Below, piece after piece: positions 12,403 through 25,738 of a stretch of DNA of 64,000 nucleotides (the first letter of the stretch is position 1; the number at the start of each line of letters is the position of its first letter). Location: NCBI GenBank assembly GCA_964016885.1, contig OZ024744.1, forward strand, positions 91,078,001 to 91,142,000, in the 5' to 3' direction. The translations under genes and the position numbers were made by a program. Origin of the DNA: Eledone cirrhosa (taxonomy: Eukaryota). The notes beneath the pieces are model-generated. The model saw only the letters and a program-made list of their open reading frames with translations. It searched no databases and was not told where the DNA came from.

Positions 12403-13160
12403 TCATCATCATCGTTTAACGTCTATCTTCCACTCTAGCATGGGTTAGCCGGGAATTGTCCCACTTGAGGCAAGATTGATCGGGTGACTGTGTCTCACTC
12501 GTATAGGATTATCTGGCAGGTTTTCTACGGCTGGATGCCCTTCCTAACACCAACCACATTTACAGTGTGGACTGGTAGCCTTTTTACCATGTCTCCTACA
12601 CGACCAATTTACAGCGTGGACTGTATATTTTGTCATGACAACCTACATGACCACTTTACAGTGTGGACTGGATTTTCTGTGGTACCAACAGAGAAAACTT
12701 TACAGAGAAAGTGTGATCTTGATGGGGGTGGGAGGATGGAGTAGGGGTAGTGGGTTGGGGTGTATATTTGGTTAAGAGTTGTCTACTGACTGTAGGTTTA
12801 ACTTTGTATTTAAGGCAAGGCGGGTCTTCTGTATTACTGCGTAGCACCAAAGGTCTTGATCCAGTGACATTGTCTTAGAGAGATGTAAGTGTGCAAAGAC
12901 AGATTTTATCATGTCGTCCCAGGTTTTTCTGGGTCTACCTACTCCGTAAATACCATCAATTTTGATCACCCTTCACTTTTTTATACAGCTGTCGTCTTTC
13001 ATGCGCATCAAGTGGCCATACCAACGTAATCTCCTCTCAAGTAAACTGCATCTGATCCCTCTTATTCCTAATTTCTCACTTAGTTCATTTATGTTTTGTC
13101 GTTCGTGTATATTACTATTACACATCCAACGGAGCATGCATGCTTTGTTCCTTTCCAATA
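12403..13160 (-). mobile_element. RTE LINE 3' fragment
   Basis: Minus ORFs 12973..13158 and 12772..12969 ([15 protein letters not shown]). Confidence 0.85.
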
Positions 13161-13170
13161 TGTGTATATA

Positions 13171-13217
<47 letters not shown>

Positions 13218-13299
13218 GTACACCCAGCCCATGCAAACATGGAAAAACAACTGTAAAAGGTGATAATGATGAAGATGACAATGATGGGAAATTTTAAAG

Positions 13300-13812
13300 A
13301 CAGCAGTAAAACAAATTTAACATGAAGAACAAATTTAAAATAGAGAACATGTTTAATATGGAGAATAAATTTAACATGGAGGGGAACATGTTTAACATGG
13401 AGAACACATTTAACATGGAGAATAAATTTAACATGAAGGGGAACATGTTTAACATGGAGCAGAGCAAATTTAACATGGAGGGGAACATGTTTAACATGGA
13501 GAACACATTTAACATGGAGAATAAATTTGACAAGAGGAAGAACAAATTTAACATGGAGGATGAACAAATTTAACATGGGGGAGAACAAATGTAACACGGA
13601 GGAAGAACAAATTTAACATGGGGAGAACAAATGTAACATGGAGGAAGAACAAATTTAACATGGGGGAGAACAAATTTAACAAGGAGGATGAACAAATTTA
13701 ACATGGAGGAAGAATACATTTAACAGGGGGAGAACAAATTTAACAAGGAGGAAGAACAAATTTAACATGGGGGGGAAAAATTGTAACATGGAGGAAGAAC
13801 AAATTTAACATG
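13300..13812. repeat. ~21-bp minisatellite (gaagaacaaatttaacatggag), left part
   Basis: Tandem degenerate units that resume at 15244. Confidence 0.9.
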
Positions 13813-15243
13813 CAGCAGTATTCTCATAAATTGCTACAAAGGTTAAGGGGATGCTCTAGAGAGGAGCAATTATAGGGGCATAAAGCTGATGGATCAGGTT
13901 ATGAAAGTGGCAGAGAGAATATTAACGCAACTGATTAAAGAAAGTGTCAAATTAGATGAGATGCAGTTTGGTTTTGTGCCCCAGAAAAGTACAACAGATG
14001 CCCTCTTCTTAGTGAGGCAACTACAAGAGAAGTTCTTAGAGAAGAATAAGCAACTATACTTAGCTTTTGTTGACCTAGAGAAGGCCTTTGATAGGGTACC
14101 CCAATCTGTCATCTGGTGGTCCCTAAGGAAACTAGGTGTTGAGGAATGGCTTGTGAGGACAGTGCAAACTTTGTACAGAGGTGATGTCAGTAAAGTGAGA
14201 TTAGGCATGGAGTTTAGTGAGGAATTCCAGATACAAGTAGGTGTACATCAGGGTTCGGTCCTCAGCCCGCTCTTGTTCATTATAGTCCTCCAAGCCATAA
14301 CAGAGGAATTTAAGACTGGCTGTCCATGATGATCTTGTTCTTATAGCAGGAAAGGAACTGGCATAAATTCCATAAAATGTATGCAATGAAGTTCTTGGGT
14401 ACACAAGAGATGTAGTGGGATAGCAGGCAAACTAACAGGTAGGGAAAACTACGTATGCAGTAGATGTACAGGGAAAGTTGGCAGTAGTAATGAGCAGTGA
14501 TAGACACATTTTTCAAATGCAGGTGGGTTCTATAGAAGTAGTTAATAGCTTCTGGTACCTAGGTGATCAGATTAGCGTGGGAGGGGGGGGGGGTTTCCGA
14601 GGCCATAGTATCTAGAATAAGGACGGGTTGGAAGAAGTTTATGGAGCTGCTTCCTCTGTTGACAAAGAAGGGTTTCTCCCTGTGTATGAAAGGATGGTTA
14701 TATGATGCCTGTGTGAGATGCGTGATGCTGCATGTTGTGAGACATGTGCAGCAACTGCAGAGGATATGCGACGGCTGGAGAGAAATTAAGCAAGTATGCT
14801 CCATTGGATGTGCAATGTCAATGTGTGTGAACGCCCAAGCATAGACGAGTTGAGAAAGAAACTGGGTATAAGAAGGATAAGTTGCAATGTGCAGGAGAGA
14901 AGGCTGAGATGGTATGGACATGTGATGCGCATGGAGGATGACCGTTGAGTAAAGAAGTGCCAAGAAATCCAAGTAGAAGGAAGACCCAGTAGAGGAAGAC
15001 CACAAAAAAACATGGACAGAGGTGGTGAGAGCAGACAAAGGACCGTGACAAGTGGAGAGATGCTGTGCTGAATAAGACCCGTCCCACCCTTGCAAGCAGG
15101 GAAGAGCGGACGTAAAATGATGATGATGATGATGGTATTGGATACATTTTGTCTAGGCCTTGCAAGCTGTGCTGAATAAGACCTGTCCAACCCTTGCAAG
15201 CAAGGAGAAGTGGACGTAAAATGATGATGATGATGATGATGAT
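13813..15243 (+). mobile_element. Degenerate RTE LINE (subfamily C) inserted in the minisatellite
   Basis: ORF 13889..14329 with RT motifs; stops and frameshifts; duplicated (GAT)n tail. Confidence 0.88.
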
Positions 15244-15485
15244 AAAGAACAAATTTAACATGAAGGAAGAATACATTTAACATGGGGAAGAACAAATGTA
15301 ACAAGGAGGAAGAACTAATTTAACATGGAGGAATAATACATTTAACACGGGGGAGAACAAATGTAACATGGAGGAAGAATACATTTAACATGGGGGAGAA
15401 CAAATTTAACAAGGAGGAAGAACAAATTTAACAAGGAGGAAGAATACATTTAACATGGAGGTCAACAAATTTACAAGGAGGAGAG
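15244..15485. repeat. ~21-bp minisatellite, right part, abutting a LARS1 donor site
   Basis: Same unit as 13300-13812. Confidence 0.88.
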
Positions 15486-15493
15486 CCACTTAC

Positions 15494-15598
15494 TTGAAGA
15501 GTATTCATGATGTATGATGCATTTGTTTCCAAAACAAGTTTCTCATCAAATGAAAGGGTTAAATTGAGGGCTTTCAAGCCATACTGCTCAAAGTTTTT
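15494..15598 (-). CDS. LARS1: LeuRS exon
   Basis: ag|KNFEQYGLKALNLTLSFDEKLVLETNASYIMNTLQ|gtaagt; 105 nt. Confidence 0.93.
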
Positions 15599-17005
15599 CT
15601 GCATTAAAATAAATAATGATTTCTTTATTTGTGTCAAAAATAAATCAATATAATTGATTTCTAATAATCATAATTATAATATTTAGTTTTTGATTTAGGC
15701 GCAAGGCCACCAATCTAAATTGACCTTAAAGCATTACTGGTACTTTATTTTATCAACCCTGTAAGGATGAAAGGCAAGTTGATATCAGCAGGATTTTAAC
15801 TCAGAGCTGTAATTAAATGCTGCAAAGCCTTGTGTCCAAACGCTCTAACGATTCTGCCAATCCAATTATAATTAAAGCTTTTGCAGTTTTGCCTGCAAGG
15901 TGCAACCTCAACACCACTGCGCCCTAGGCCCAGAGCCTATCACCCTCTCCCCTTCTCCCTTCTTTTCTTCAGCGGCCTTAGAGTCCTTGCTTTTTCCCTT
16001 CCCTTTCTTCTCATTTATGGCTTTTATAGTCCTTTCCTCTAATTACCCATACAAGCAGATCTGCCTTTTTTTGCCCCTTTCCCACTTTTCTCATTAATTA
16101 ACATTGTTTTAGAATTCCTATTGTTAATGTTCTAGACCCTAGATCCTAGTGGTAGATGATCTTATTGTTAGTGTTGGAGACCCTATTGTTAGTATTCTAG
16201 ACCCTAGATCCTAGTGCTAGATGATCTTATTGTTAGTGCTATAATGTTTATGCTCTAGACCTATTGTTAGTGCTGGAGATCCTATTCTTACTGCTGTATA
16301 CCTTATTGTTAGTATTAGAAATGCTATTGTTTATAACACCTTCCTGTGCCACCAAGTTTACTGTGACTAACAAGTAACTAACTAAACAGGGTTATGCTCC
16401 ATCTGATAATTTAATACAACCTCGGTCACAATCCCTGCAGGACCAGCAGCTATCTTCCCTACCTGGCATGGCATGGTCCCATAATTCCTGATGGAATCAT
16501 AGGGGCATCGTAGTTGCATACGATATTACATGTATAAAGTTTGAAAAAAAATCGGTTGGGTGGTTCTCGAGTTTTAGGGAGTCAGACAGACAGACATTTC
16601 TGTTTTAGATATATACCCCGTTAAATGTGAAGTTATGTTGGTACCACAACATCCAGTCCGAAACAAATGAGGTCGTGTAGGTGTCACGACAAAAAAAAAA
16701 CACACAGTCCACGCTGTAATGTGGCCGTGTAGGTAACACGGTAAAAACCTCCCATTCCACACTGTAAACATGGTTGGTGTTAGGAAGGGCATCCAGCCGT
16801 AGAAAACCCGCCAGACAGTCCTATACGAGCAGGACAACCAATCTTGCCTCAGGTGGGAAAACTCCTGTCCAAACCCATGCAAGTGTGGAACACGGACGCT
16901 AAACGATGATGATGATGATGATGAGAGCCGGAATGAATATAACAAAGCACTATCTGACATTGTAAGAACTCTGCCATTTTGCCACTTTCCCTACCTACAT
17001 TTCTT

Positions 17006-17209
17006 TAACCCTTTAGCATTTACATTACTCTATATATATTATTATATTTTTATGGTAAACACTTTATCTCACATAATATCGAATCTATGAGATTTTGAAA
17101 GTATTTATTTTGAGAACAATACCTTAACATCAGTATGAGCGACCGGTTTCAGCCAGTTTCAACAGAAAGAGGTAGAGAATTCTGGCCAGTTTGAACATTA
17201 AAGGGTTAA
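17006..17209. mobile_element. piggyBac-type MITE (relatives at ~34555-34781, 38957-39179, 55198-55622, 56006-56230)
   Basis: TTAA-CCCTTTAGCATTT ... AAAGGG-TTAA termini. Confidence 0.7.
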
Positions 17210-17308
17210 TCACTTTATCTACTGTACTGCTGTCAATGTTGCTGACTAGAAATAGTGAGATATCCAAGTGAAACTTGTAGACACTTGTAAAGAATTAGAA
17301 CCACTTAC

Positions 17309-17419
17309 CTTAATAACCTGCACAAATGGCATTATTTTCTTTGAAAATGACTTCAATTCTTTGTTTTTGCCAAATTCTTGAGCAATTACTTTATTTTCAG
17401 GAAACACGTTGTTATTGTC
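17309..17419 (-). CDS. LARS1: LeuRS exon
   Basis: ag|DNNNVFPENKVIAQEFGKNKELKSFSKKIMPFVQVIK|gtaagt; 111 nt. Confidence 0.93.
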
Positions 17420-17819
17420 CTGGAGCAAAATGTAAAGAAAAGATCAAATCTTACAAAGAGAACCAATACCAAAACTTTCTGCTCTCTTGTGGAGGAAATG
17501 GAAGTAGAAACATGTCAACAGCAAAAGGACCTCAGTCAGTTATGACGATGCAGTTTCCAGTTGTTCACACACATCAATTGAATTAATCAACAAGATCTCA
17601 AACCTCATTCGCTTACCAAATAAGGCTGGAACTCGTCAAATCAGACCAAAGAAACAATGTTTCCATTAGTCTTTCCATTGCTGATACTATTACTAGTTGC
17701 AACATTCATACACAAAATGGATATATTAACTATAAAATAGTCAAATAAATCAGGTAAATTGCCCTTGGAGACAGAAAAAAGTGGACACAGATGTTTGCGG
17801 GAATAAAACCAAGCAAAAC

Positions 17820-18845
17820 AACCACTGGCACTACCACTTACCAGAGTGTACTGGGTGCATTTTAATGTGGTACCAGTACTACCATTTTACAGAGTGTATT
17901 GGGTGCATGTTAATGTGGTACCAGTACTACCATTTTACAAAGTATACTGGGTGCATGTTAATGTGGTACCAGTACGCCCATTTTACAGAGTGTACTGGGT
18001 GCATTTTAATGTGGTACCAGTATTACCTTTTTTGAGTGTACTGGGTGCATTTTAACATGGCACCAGCACTACTGTTTTACAGTGTACTGGATACATTTTA
18101 ACATGGCACCAGCACTACTGTTTTACAGTGTCCTTCGCACATTTTAATGTGGCACCAGCACTACTGTTTTACAGTGTCCTTCGCACATTTTAACATGGCA
18201 CCAGCACTACTGTTTTACAGTGTCCTGCGCACATTTTAACGTGGCACCAGCATTACCATTTTACAGTGTCCTTCGCACATTTTAACATGGCACCAGCACT
18301 ACTGTTTTACAGTGTCCTTCGCACATTTTAACATGGCACCAACACTACCATATTAGTGTCCTTGGCACATTTAACGTGGCACCAGCACTACCATTTTACA
18401 GTGTCTTTACACATTTTAACATGGCACCAGCACTACCATTTTACAGTGTCCTTTGCACATTTAACGTGGCACCAGCACTACCATTTTACAGTGTCTTTAC
18501 ACATTTTAACATGGCGCCAGCACTACCATTTTACAGTGTCCTTCGCACATTTTAATGTGGCACCAGCACTTCCATTTTACAGTGTCCCTCGCACATTTTA
18601 ATGTGGCACCAGCACTACTGTTTTACAGTGTCCTTCGCACATTTTAACATGGCACCAGTACTACCATTTTACAGTGTCCTTGGCACATTTTAACATGGTT
18701 CCAGCACTACCATTTTACAGAGTGTACTGGGTACATTTTAACATTGCACTAGCACTATTATTTTAGAGAGTGTACAGTGTGCATTTTAACTTGGCACCAA
18801 TGCTACCACTTTATAAAGAGTGTACTGGGTGCATTTTATCATGGC
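17820..18845. repeat. ~45-bp minisatellite (ggcaccagcactaccattttacagtgtcc...)
   Basis: About 22 tandem degenerate units resembling the RTE 3'UTR internal repeat. Confidence 0.88.
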
Positions 18846-18932
18846 AGTCTTTTTATAAAAAAAAACTTTTGTTATGGATGAACAGAAGTGCAAAAAACAA
18901 CAAAGATAAGATAAAGATGAACTTTTACAAAC

Positions 18933-19028
18933 CTCATAGAGCCGTCTTAATGTTTCTAGCACAATATTTTGCCATATTGCATAAGTCTTAGCAATATAAA
19001 TTGTTCCAGCATTGATTACCATGTCTTT
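18933..19028 (-). CDS. LARS1: LeuRS exon
   Basis: ag|KDMVINAGTIYIAKTYAIWQNIVLETLRRLYE|gtttgt; 96 nt. Confidence 0.9.
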
Positions 19029-19162
19029 CTGAAATACAAATGGAAATGTGGAAATGTATAATAAATATTTATTTAACTCTTAACATCCTATAAGTGATTT
19101 AGCAGAAATATATCTAAAAAAAGGTTTTGTTAATTCAAATGATTAGTGGGTGGTGGTGGTGG

Positions 19163-19420
19163 TGAGAAGAAGAAAAAGAAGAAAAAGAAAAAGAAGAAAA
19201 AGAAAAAAAAGAAAAAGAAAAAAAAAGAAAAAAAGAAAAAGAGAAAAAAAGAAGAAAAAGAAAAGAAAAAGAAAACGAAGAAAACGAAGAAAAAGAAAGA
19301 GTAAACGAAAAAGAAAAAGAAAAGGAAAAGAAAAAGAAAAAGAAAAAGAAGAAAAAGAAAAAGTAGAAAAAGAAAAAGAAGAAAGAAAAAGGCAAAGAAG
19401 GAGACGTAGAAGAGAAGGAA
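19163..19420. repeat. Polypurine (GAAAAA)n low-complexity tract
   Basis: Almost pure A/G. Confidence 0.9.
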
Positions 19421-21004
19421 GAGAGCGTTTGGGAAGATGAGGACAAGAGAGGAGGAGGGGGAAGAGGGTGGGGAGGAGAATCATAACAATGATGATGAGT
19501 ATGATGTTGATGATGATGATGATTCCCCCCCCCCCCAGGGTGGGGAGGAGAATCATAACAAGGATGATGATGATAATGATTCCCCCCCACACACACACTA
19601 TATAGTTTTCTTCAGACACATTGGCAGGACTCAAAGTTAGCACTGCATAGTAAAAAAAAATAGTTGTGTATTAAAACTCTTTTCCTGTCATGACTGACTA
19701 TGACTATGGGGTCTACTCTTGAAAAGTTACCCTTACCAAAGTGTATACCTGAGCAAAGTAAGGTGATTTATGGAATAGCAAACAATGTAAGATTTGACAG
19801 GATTTTACCTCCTATTTGAAAGCCAGAGAAGCATTCTTCTTCAGTTTGGTAGATAAGTGCAGCTATAACTATACAGAAAGGAAGTGCTGATAGTACATCC
19901 CCCTGCTTAACTCCCTTCCAGATGTCTAGAGTGTCTAGTTCCAAAATCTGTTTTGATATATGCTGTTGAGTTGGTGTAAGTTTCTTTCAGTAGGTTGATG
20001 TGTCAGTGAGCTGCTCAACATTACCAAACTTAAACCAATTACATCAATTGTCAAGAGTACTATACGGTCAAACAAAAAGATCAACTCATGGTGTGAGTAG
20101 GTTATGCCTGGAAGGAAGGTTGGCTGGTAAGAGAAGCAGAGGCCGGCAGCCAAAACGATGACTTGACAATGTCAACTTATGGACTGGACTTGATCTTTGC
20201 TCTTTAAACTCTGCTGCTGGTGATCGAACTTTGTGGAGAGAAATATCTCATGTTGTTGCGCAGTCTGTAACTGGCAGAGTTTAGCGTCACAAGGAGAAAC
20301 AATGTAAAATTGTGGTGATGTGTAGACAGATGATTTCTTTAGAAAATAACAATATGTCTTACAGCTGTCTTACAGCTGTCTTACATCTGTCTTACCATCT
20401 ATTTATCCATATTAATATAGATTAGATGGGGCTGCTATACACTATATCATCACTCAGTACACTTTATGAGGTGGTTGGCATTGGGAAAGTCATCCATTTC
20501 TAGAAAGGTTAGGTTGATCCTTCAGTTGTGTCAATGACACAACAACCACCCTAGCGCTGGTGATCTACACAATAAAAGCATCCAGTACACTTTATGAGGT
20601 GGTTGGTATTGAGAAGGTCATCCAGTTGTAGAAAGCTTGCCAAACCAAAGGTTGGGAGGACCCTTCAGTTGTGTCAAAGATATGACAACCTCTCTAATGT
20701 TGGTGATCTAGAGGATACCAGCACCCAGTACATGTTGCAAAGGAGTTGGGGGTAGGAATGGCCTCCAGCTGTAGAAAGCTTGCCAAACAAAGGGTTAGGA
20801 GGATCCTCTAGTTGTATTAAAGACATGACAACCTCCATAGTGTTGGTACCATAATAAAATGTACTTGGTAGTATACGGAACTGTATGTAAGCGAGATGCA
20901 AAACCCCATCCTTACTGTGAGGTAAGTGGCCTCCACTAAAATACAGACTTGGTCTGTGAAAACCTGTCTAACCCTTGGTAATAGGGAAAGTAGATGTTAA
21001 ATAA

Positions 21005-21191
21005 TTGTTTCTACTTTTGGCACAAGGCCAGCAATTATCCCAGTGCATTACTGGTACTTTATATTATCGACCCCGTAAGGATGAAAGGCAAAGTTAACCT
21101 CGGCGGAATTTGAACTCAGAATGACAAGGGTCGTAACTCTATGCGTCAAAGCATGGCGTCCGACCCGCTACCGATACTGCCAATCCACCGC
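21005..21191 (-). mobile_element. tRNA-derived SINE (gcctttcatccttacggggtcgataa core)
   Basis: Flanked by direct repeat aagtagatgttaaataat. Confidence 0.85.
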
Positions 21192-21254
21192 AAGTAGATG
21201 TTAAATAATGATGATGATAGATAGATAAATGTATTGAACTACCATTATTACCAC

Positions 21255-21429
21255 GGTGGATTGGCACAATCGGTAGAGGGTCGGATGCCATGCTTTCCTG
21301 CATAGTTACGTCCCTTTACGATCAAATCCCGTTGAGGTTGACTTTGCCTTTCATCCTTACGGGGTAGATAAAATAAAGTACCAGTAATGCACTGGGTAAT
21401 TGCTGGCCTTGTGCCTAAAGTAGAAACAG
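21255..21429 (+). mobile_element. tRNA-derived SINE, same family
   Basis: TSD ttattaccac; head-to-head with the copy at 21005-21191. Confidence 0.85.
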
Positions 21430-21864
21430 TTATTACCACTATGTCTGCCTTAACAGCTATCTATCCATACTAGCATAGATTAGATAAGGCTGCTAGGCAC
21501 TATTTCAACCCCCAGTATAGTTTATAAGGTGGTTCGTATCAGGAAGGGCATCAATCCATAGAAACTTTACCAAAATATGGACTGTATGAACAAGATATGT
21601 GGTCCCTCCAACCTATCTTGACCCATGGCGTGACAACCCATCCCCATATGCCAGCATGGAAAGCAGACATTAAATGGTGGTGATGATGATGATTTCAGTC
21701 ATTCAGCATTTCTTGTGTGAAACCCAGTGCCCTAAAATCTTTAGGAAAAGAATAAAAAAAGAATGTTTTCTGATTTAGGCACAAAGCTAGCATCTTTTTT
21801 TGTGGGGAGGAATCGATTAAATCAAGCCCATTGCATAAGAAATAATAAAAGAAATACAACTTAC

Positions 21865-22002
21865 AGTATATTTGTTTAACAATATCCCTTTCTTTCTCAA
21901 GCGGAAACTGTGGGTAGCTTCATTGAGATATTCCGAAGAGAGGGACAAAGATTCATCAACGACATCTGAAGTTGGCCAGGTGGCTTTTAGGATACTGGTA
22001 GA
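21865..22002 (-). CDS. LARS1: LeuRS exon
   Basis: ag|STSILKATWPTSDVVDESLSLSSEYLNEATHSFRLRKKGILLNKYT|gtaagt; 138 nt. Confidence 0.93.
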
Positions 22003-22533
22003 CTAAAAAAAAAAAAAATCAAGAAAATAATAAATGTTCTGAATAATGCCTCCACGTGAAGGCGTGTGGCTGAGTGGTTAGAGAATTGGATTCGCAATCG
22101 TGAAGGCGTGTGAGTTCGATTCCTGGACCAGGCGATGCATTATGTCCTTGAGCAAGACACTTTATTTCACGTTGCTCCTTCTACCTGGAGTTGCGACCGA
22201 TAGATAGTATTAGCAATTGGAAAGACCTATGGAAACATTGTTCCCTTGGTCCGATTTGACGAAAGTCCATCGTTCCAGGGAGATATTATTGGCATAAATC
22301 AAGTGAAATATACATATAATCATCAACACCACCATCAACATTCAATATCATGTCACTACCACCACCACAATTACCAGGGCCACCAACACCTCAACCACCA
22401 GACAGATGCAAAAAAAGTCGAACTAAATTTTAAAAGAATATTCACCAACTTCCTGTATCGAAGTGATTTCTATGCCAACAATGAAATATTTCTAGAAAAG
22501 TATCACATGATCCACATGACGGCAGCAATGTGT

Positions 22534-22988
22534 CCGAACACGGAAGAGCTGAACTCCCACTGTCATCGCTTCCATCTCTCTCGCCCTCCCCATCTCTCAT
22601 GTACACCAGATCTGAACACGGAAGAGCTGAACTCCCACTGTCATCGCGTCCATCTCTCTCGCCCTCCCCATCTCTCATGTACACCAGATCTGAACACGGA
22701 AGAGCCGAACTCCCACTGTCATCGCCTCCATCTCTCTCGCCCTCCCCATCTCTCGTGTACACCAGATCTGAACACGGAAGAGCCGAACTCCCACTGTCAT
22801 CGCCTCCATCTCTCTCGCCCTCCCCATCTCTCATGTACACCAGATCTGAACACGGAAGAGCCGAACTCCCACTGTCATCGCTTCCATCTCTCTCGCCCTC
22901 CCCATCTCTCATGTACACCAGATCTGAACACGGAAGAGCCGAACTCCCACTGTCATCGCTTCCATCTCTCTCGCCCTCCCCATCTCTC
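22534..22988. repeat. 78-bp GC-rich tandem repeat, ~5.8 copies
   Basis: gaacacggaagagccgaactcccactgtcatcgc...tacaccagatct, near-identical units. Confidence 0.95.
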
Positions 22989-22989
22989 T

Positions 22990-23185
22990 GTATCATGAGC
23001 AAATGGGGTCCCACGTGCTGGCCACCCCACAGTCCTGGCGGACAGAATGGAGAAGGCGTTTCCCCGGGTACTAATAAGGGAGATGCGCTGGAAGAGCCAT
23101 TCCATCTCGCGAGGCTCACACCTGCAGCTAGCCAGCTCAGCGCCTATGGTGGTAAGTAGGGAGGTAGCCCAAGGGCCAAGCACTT
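22990..23185 (-). mobile_element. CRE-like non-LTR retrotransposon C-terminal fragment
   Basis: LGPWATSLLTTIGAELASCRCEPREMEWLFQRISLISTRGNAFSIL resembles the L.QR.S...QRGNA..I end of REL-endonuclease elements. Confidence 0.65.
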
Positions 23186-24045
23186 GTATAATATTGTTCA
23201 TATAACCAATAATCCTGGTATGTACAAGGCATACCAATGCAGGACTCAAAAAATCAAATGCATTCAATGCTATTGGCCTCATTGGTCCAACCACTAATAT
23301 CACAATCCAATCCAGGGCTTTTTGTTGGAGGAACCCTGGTTGACCTCCACTATTTTCTGTTTGGTTTTGATCATGTCAGGGATGTAGTTGTACTCACCAC
23401 GCTTGGCCAATTGTGGGTTGGTGAGGCTATTTAACCAATAATTAGAGTGGATGGCTGTTGACTCTGAGGAGTTCATCTGCCCTTTTATCACAATAGAAAT
23501 TACTAAATGATTATTAACCCTTTTGATACCAACATGGCCAAAACCGTCTTTGGTTCTATGAATCAAAACCACCCATTTTAAAGACTTCTCATTCAAATTA
23601 AAATCTTCCAACATAATTTTATATAAGAACCATATATTAAGTTACTATCTTGGTAATTAAATAATAATTTTAGTATGCAAATCCCGTCAAATTCTTCATC
23701 AATTAATTGAAATAGAATGTATTATTACATTAGAAATACAGCCGTGAGAGGTTTAACAAAAAGCATTAATTCATGATGGACCAGTAACAGTAATACCAGT
23801 AATATACTACTGGACAGGTGATACTTATATATACAGTGGAACCTCAGTTCAGAAATGCCTTTCATTATGAATAAATCGGTTCATGAATAATTTTTCCAAA
23901 CAAAAACTGTCAAAGTTCACAAACAGAGTCTCGAGTAATGAACACGCAACAATGGTTGGCAACAAGCTGGAAGTATCAGTGGGAAGGCATCACTTACTGT
24001 GTAGTTAGTTACTATGGTATATTTGTAGAAATTGTTAATACTCAC

Positions 24046-24186
24046 ATGACCGAGAATCTGCCAAATATGGTCACAGGTATGAGGACAGAATGGACTTAAC
24101 AGTACCGTCTGAGTTTCAATGAACCGTTTGACAAGGTCTTGATGCATGCCATCCATTGCCATTTCACGGTAGTTATCTCTCAAGGC
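24046..24186 (-). CDS. LARS1: LeuRS exon (anticodon-binding domain)
   Basis: ag|[47 protein letters not shown]|gtgagt; 141 nt. Confidence 0.96.
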
Positions 24187-24392
24187 CTACAACAACAGCA
24201 ACAACAATAAATAAACAGAAATTAATAAGAACAGCAGTAACAAAAACTAATTGCAATAACATAAACATGGATGGATTAGATAGTTAGTTTAGTCAGAGAC
24301 AAACAGACAGACAGAGACAGCTAGAAAGGCAGATAGATGGATGGATAGGTGGATGGATGGTTAGATAGGGAGATAAATGGATGGATAAATAG

Positions 24393-25358
24393 ATTTCTTT
24401 ATTAGCCACAAGGGCGCAACAAGAAAGGGGACAATACAAAGACATGCCGGGGATTTTACATACAGTCGTGTAAAAAATATAAAAACAAACAATTTCAACA
24501 ATCGAAATCCCCAATAGGGGTGAGGCGCCACAAATGGGTTGTTTAATACCCCGTCGATAGAACAACCCTCAACTCAAGGAGCGTGTTGTGCAAGTGCTCC
24601 TTTCTTCCTTTTGCTCTCTTCCTCAACCTACAGGCTTATAAACAGAGAAGGCCCAATCACTCGGGCCATTTTTGCTTCATTCACCCACCTTTCAGTAAAT
24701 TTACTGGGGTGCAGTGCCTCTCTCTCCACCCTGATTCTCCTTCTAAAGTGATACTTAAAGAAGGGAATCAATTGTTGTCCGGAGAGAAAGGCATCTGTCC
24801 TCAGTCCTCTCAACCTCGTCCACCATATAACTTCTTTCACCATAGCCACCGTACAGAGGAAAACCGCCTCTCTTTCGTTTTTGAAAGAGTCTGGCGGTTT
24901 GATCCTTACTATGGACTCGGCAGTCAACTGTATTTGTCCCATACGCGACAGCAGTTGTTCTGCATAGTTCCACAGGTCGCTTACGCCCGGGCAGTGTACA
25001 ATTGCGTGCAGAACTGTTTCACTGTCCTGCGCACATCTTGGACACGTCCTCTTGGAAGGATCCCTGCCAGGGCGTCCGTGCCTGTAGATCTTGTCACGAA
25101 CCGGTAGAGCTCCTCGGTAGCACTGCCAGGCCAGGGACCTCTGGAAGTTGTCCATAGGTCCCGGGCGGAAAGTCCTACCAAACATACTGGTGAGCTCATC
25201 GTCTTCGACGCCCAGAGTCTCTCCGAGCACGTCGTCGCCCTTGTAACGTACAATCCCTCTATAGAACGTCGAAGTGGAGTCTCCACTGATTGCTGCGCCC
25301 GCTTGCCAGAGGACTGTGAGCGCCTGAGCGCATTCAATGTGCCAGGCGCCCATCGTTT
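24393..25358 (-). mobile_element. L1/Tx1-like LINE 3' fragment
   Basis: ORF 24628..25479 zf-RVT motif CPRC..ETVLHAIVHC; AATAAAGAAA tail; gataaatagat on both sides. Confidence 0.82.
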
Positions 25359-25738
25359 TCGAGATAAATAGATAGATAGATCTATAGGCATATAGCTTAG
25401 TGGTTAGAGCACTGGGCTTGCAATCGGAAGGTTGTGAGTTCAATTCTCGGACCGGGTGATGCGTTGTTTCCTTGAGCAAGACACTTTATTTCACGATGCT
25501 CCAGTTTACTCAGCTGTTGAAATGAGTTGTGACGCCACTGGTGCCAAGCTGTGTCAGCCATTGCCTTTCTCTTGGACAACATCGGTGGCGTGGAGATGGG
25601 AGACTGGTATGTATGGGTGACTGCTGGCCTTCCATAAAACAACCTTGCCCAGACTTGTACCTCAGAGGGGAACTTTCTAGATGCAAAACCATGGTAATTT
25701 GTGACCAAAGGGAGAGTTTAGTTTACTAGATAGATATG

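Noticed and set aside
13118-13597. LHVK/FNME repeat proteins
   Set aside because: They are translations of the ~21-bp minisatellite.
19135-19643. K/R-rich protamine-like ORF and F/S-rich antisense ORFs
   Set aside because: Low-complexity purine tract.
22246-23159. 209-250 aa repetitive ORFs in three frames
   Set aside because: They are a by-product of a stop-free 78-bp repeat, with no splice or domain support.
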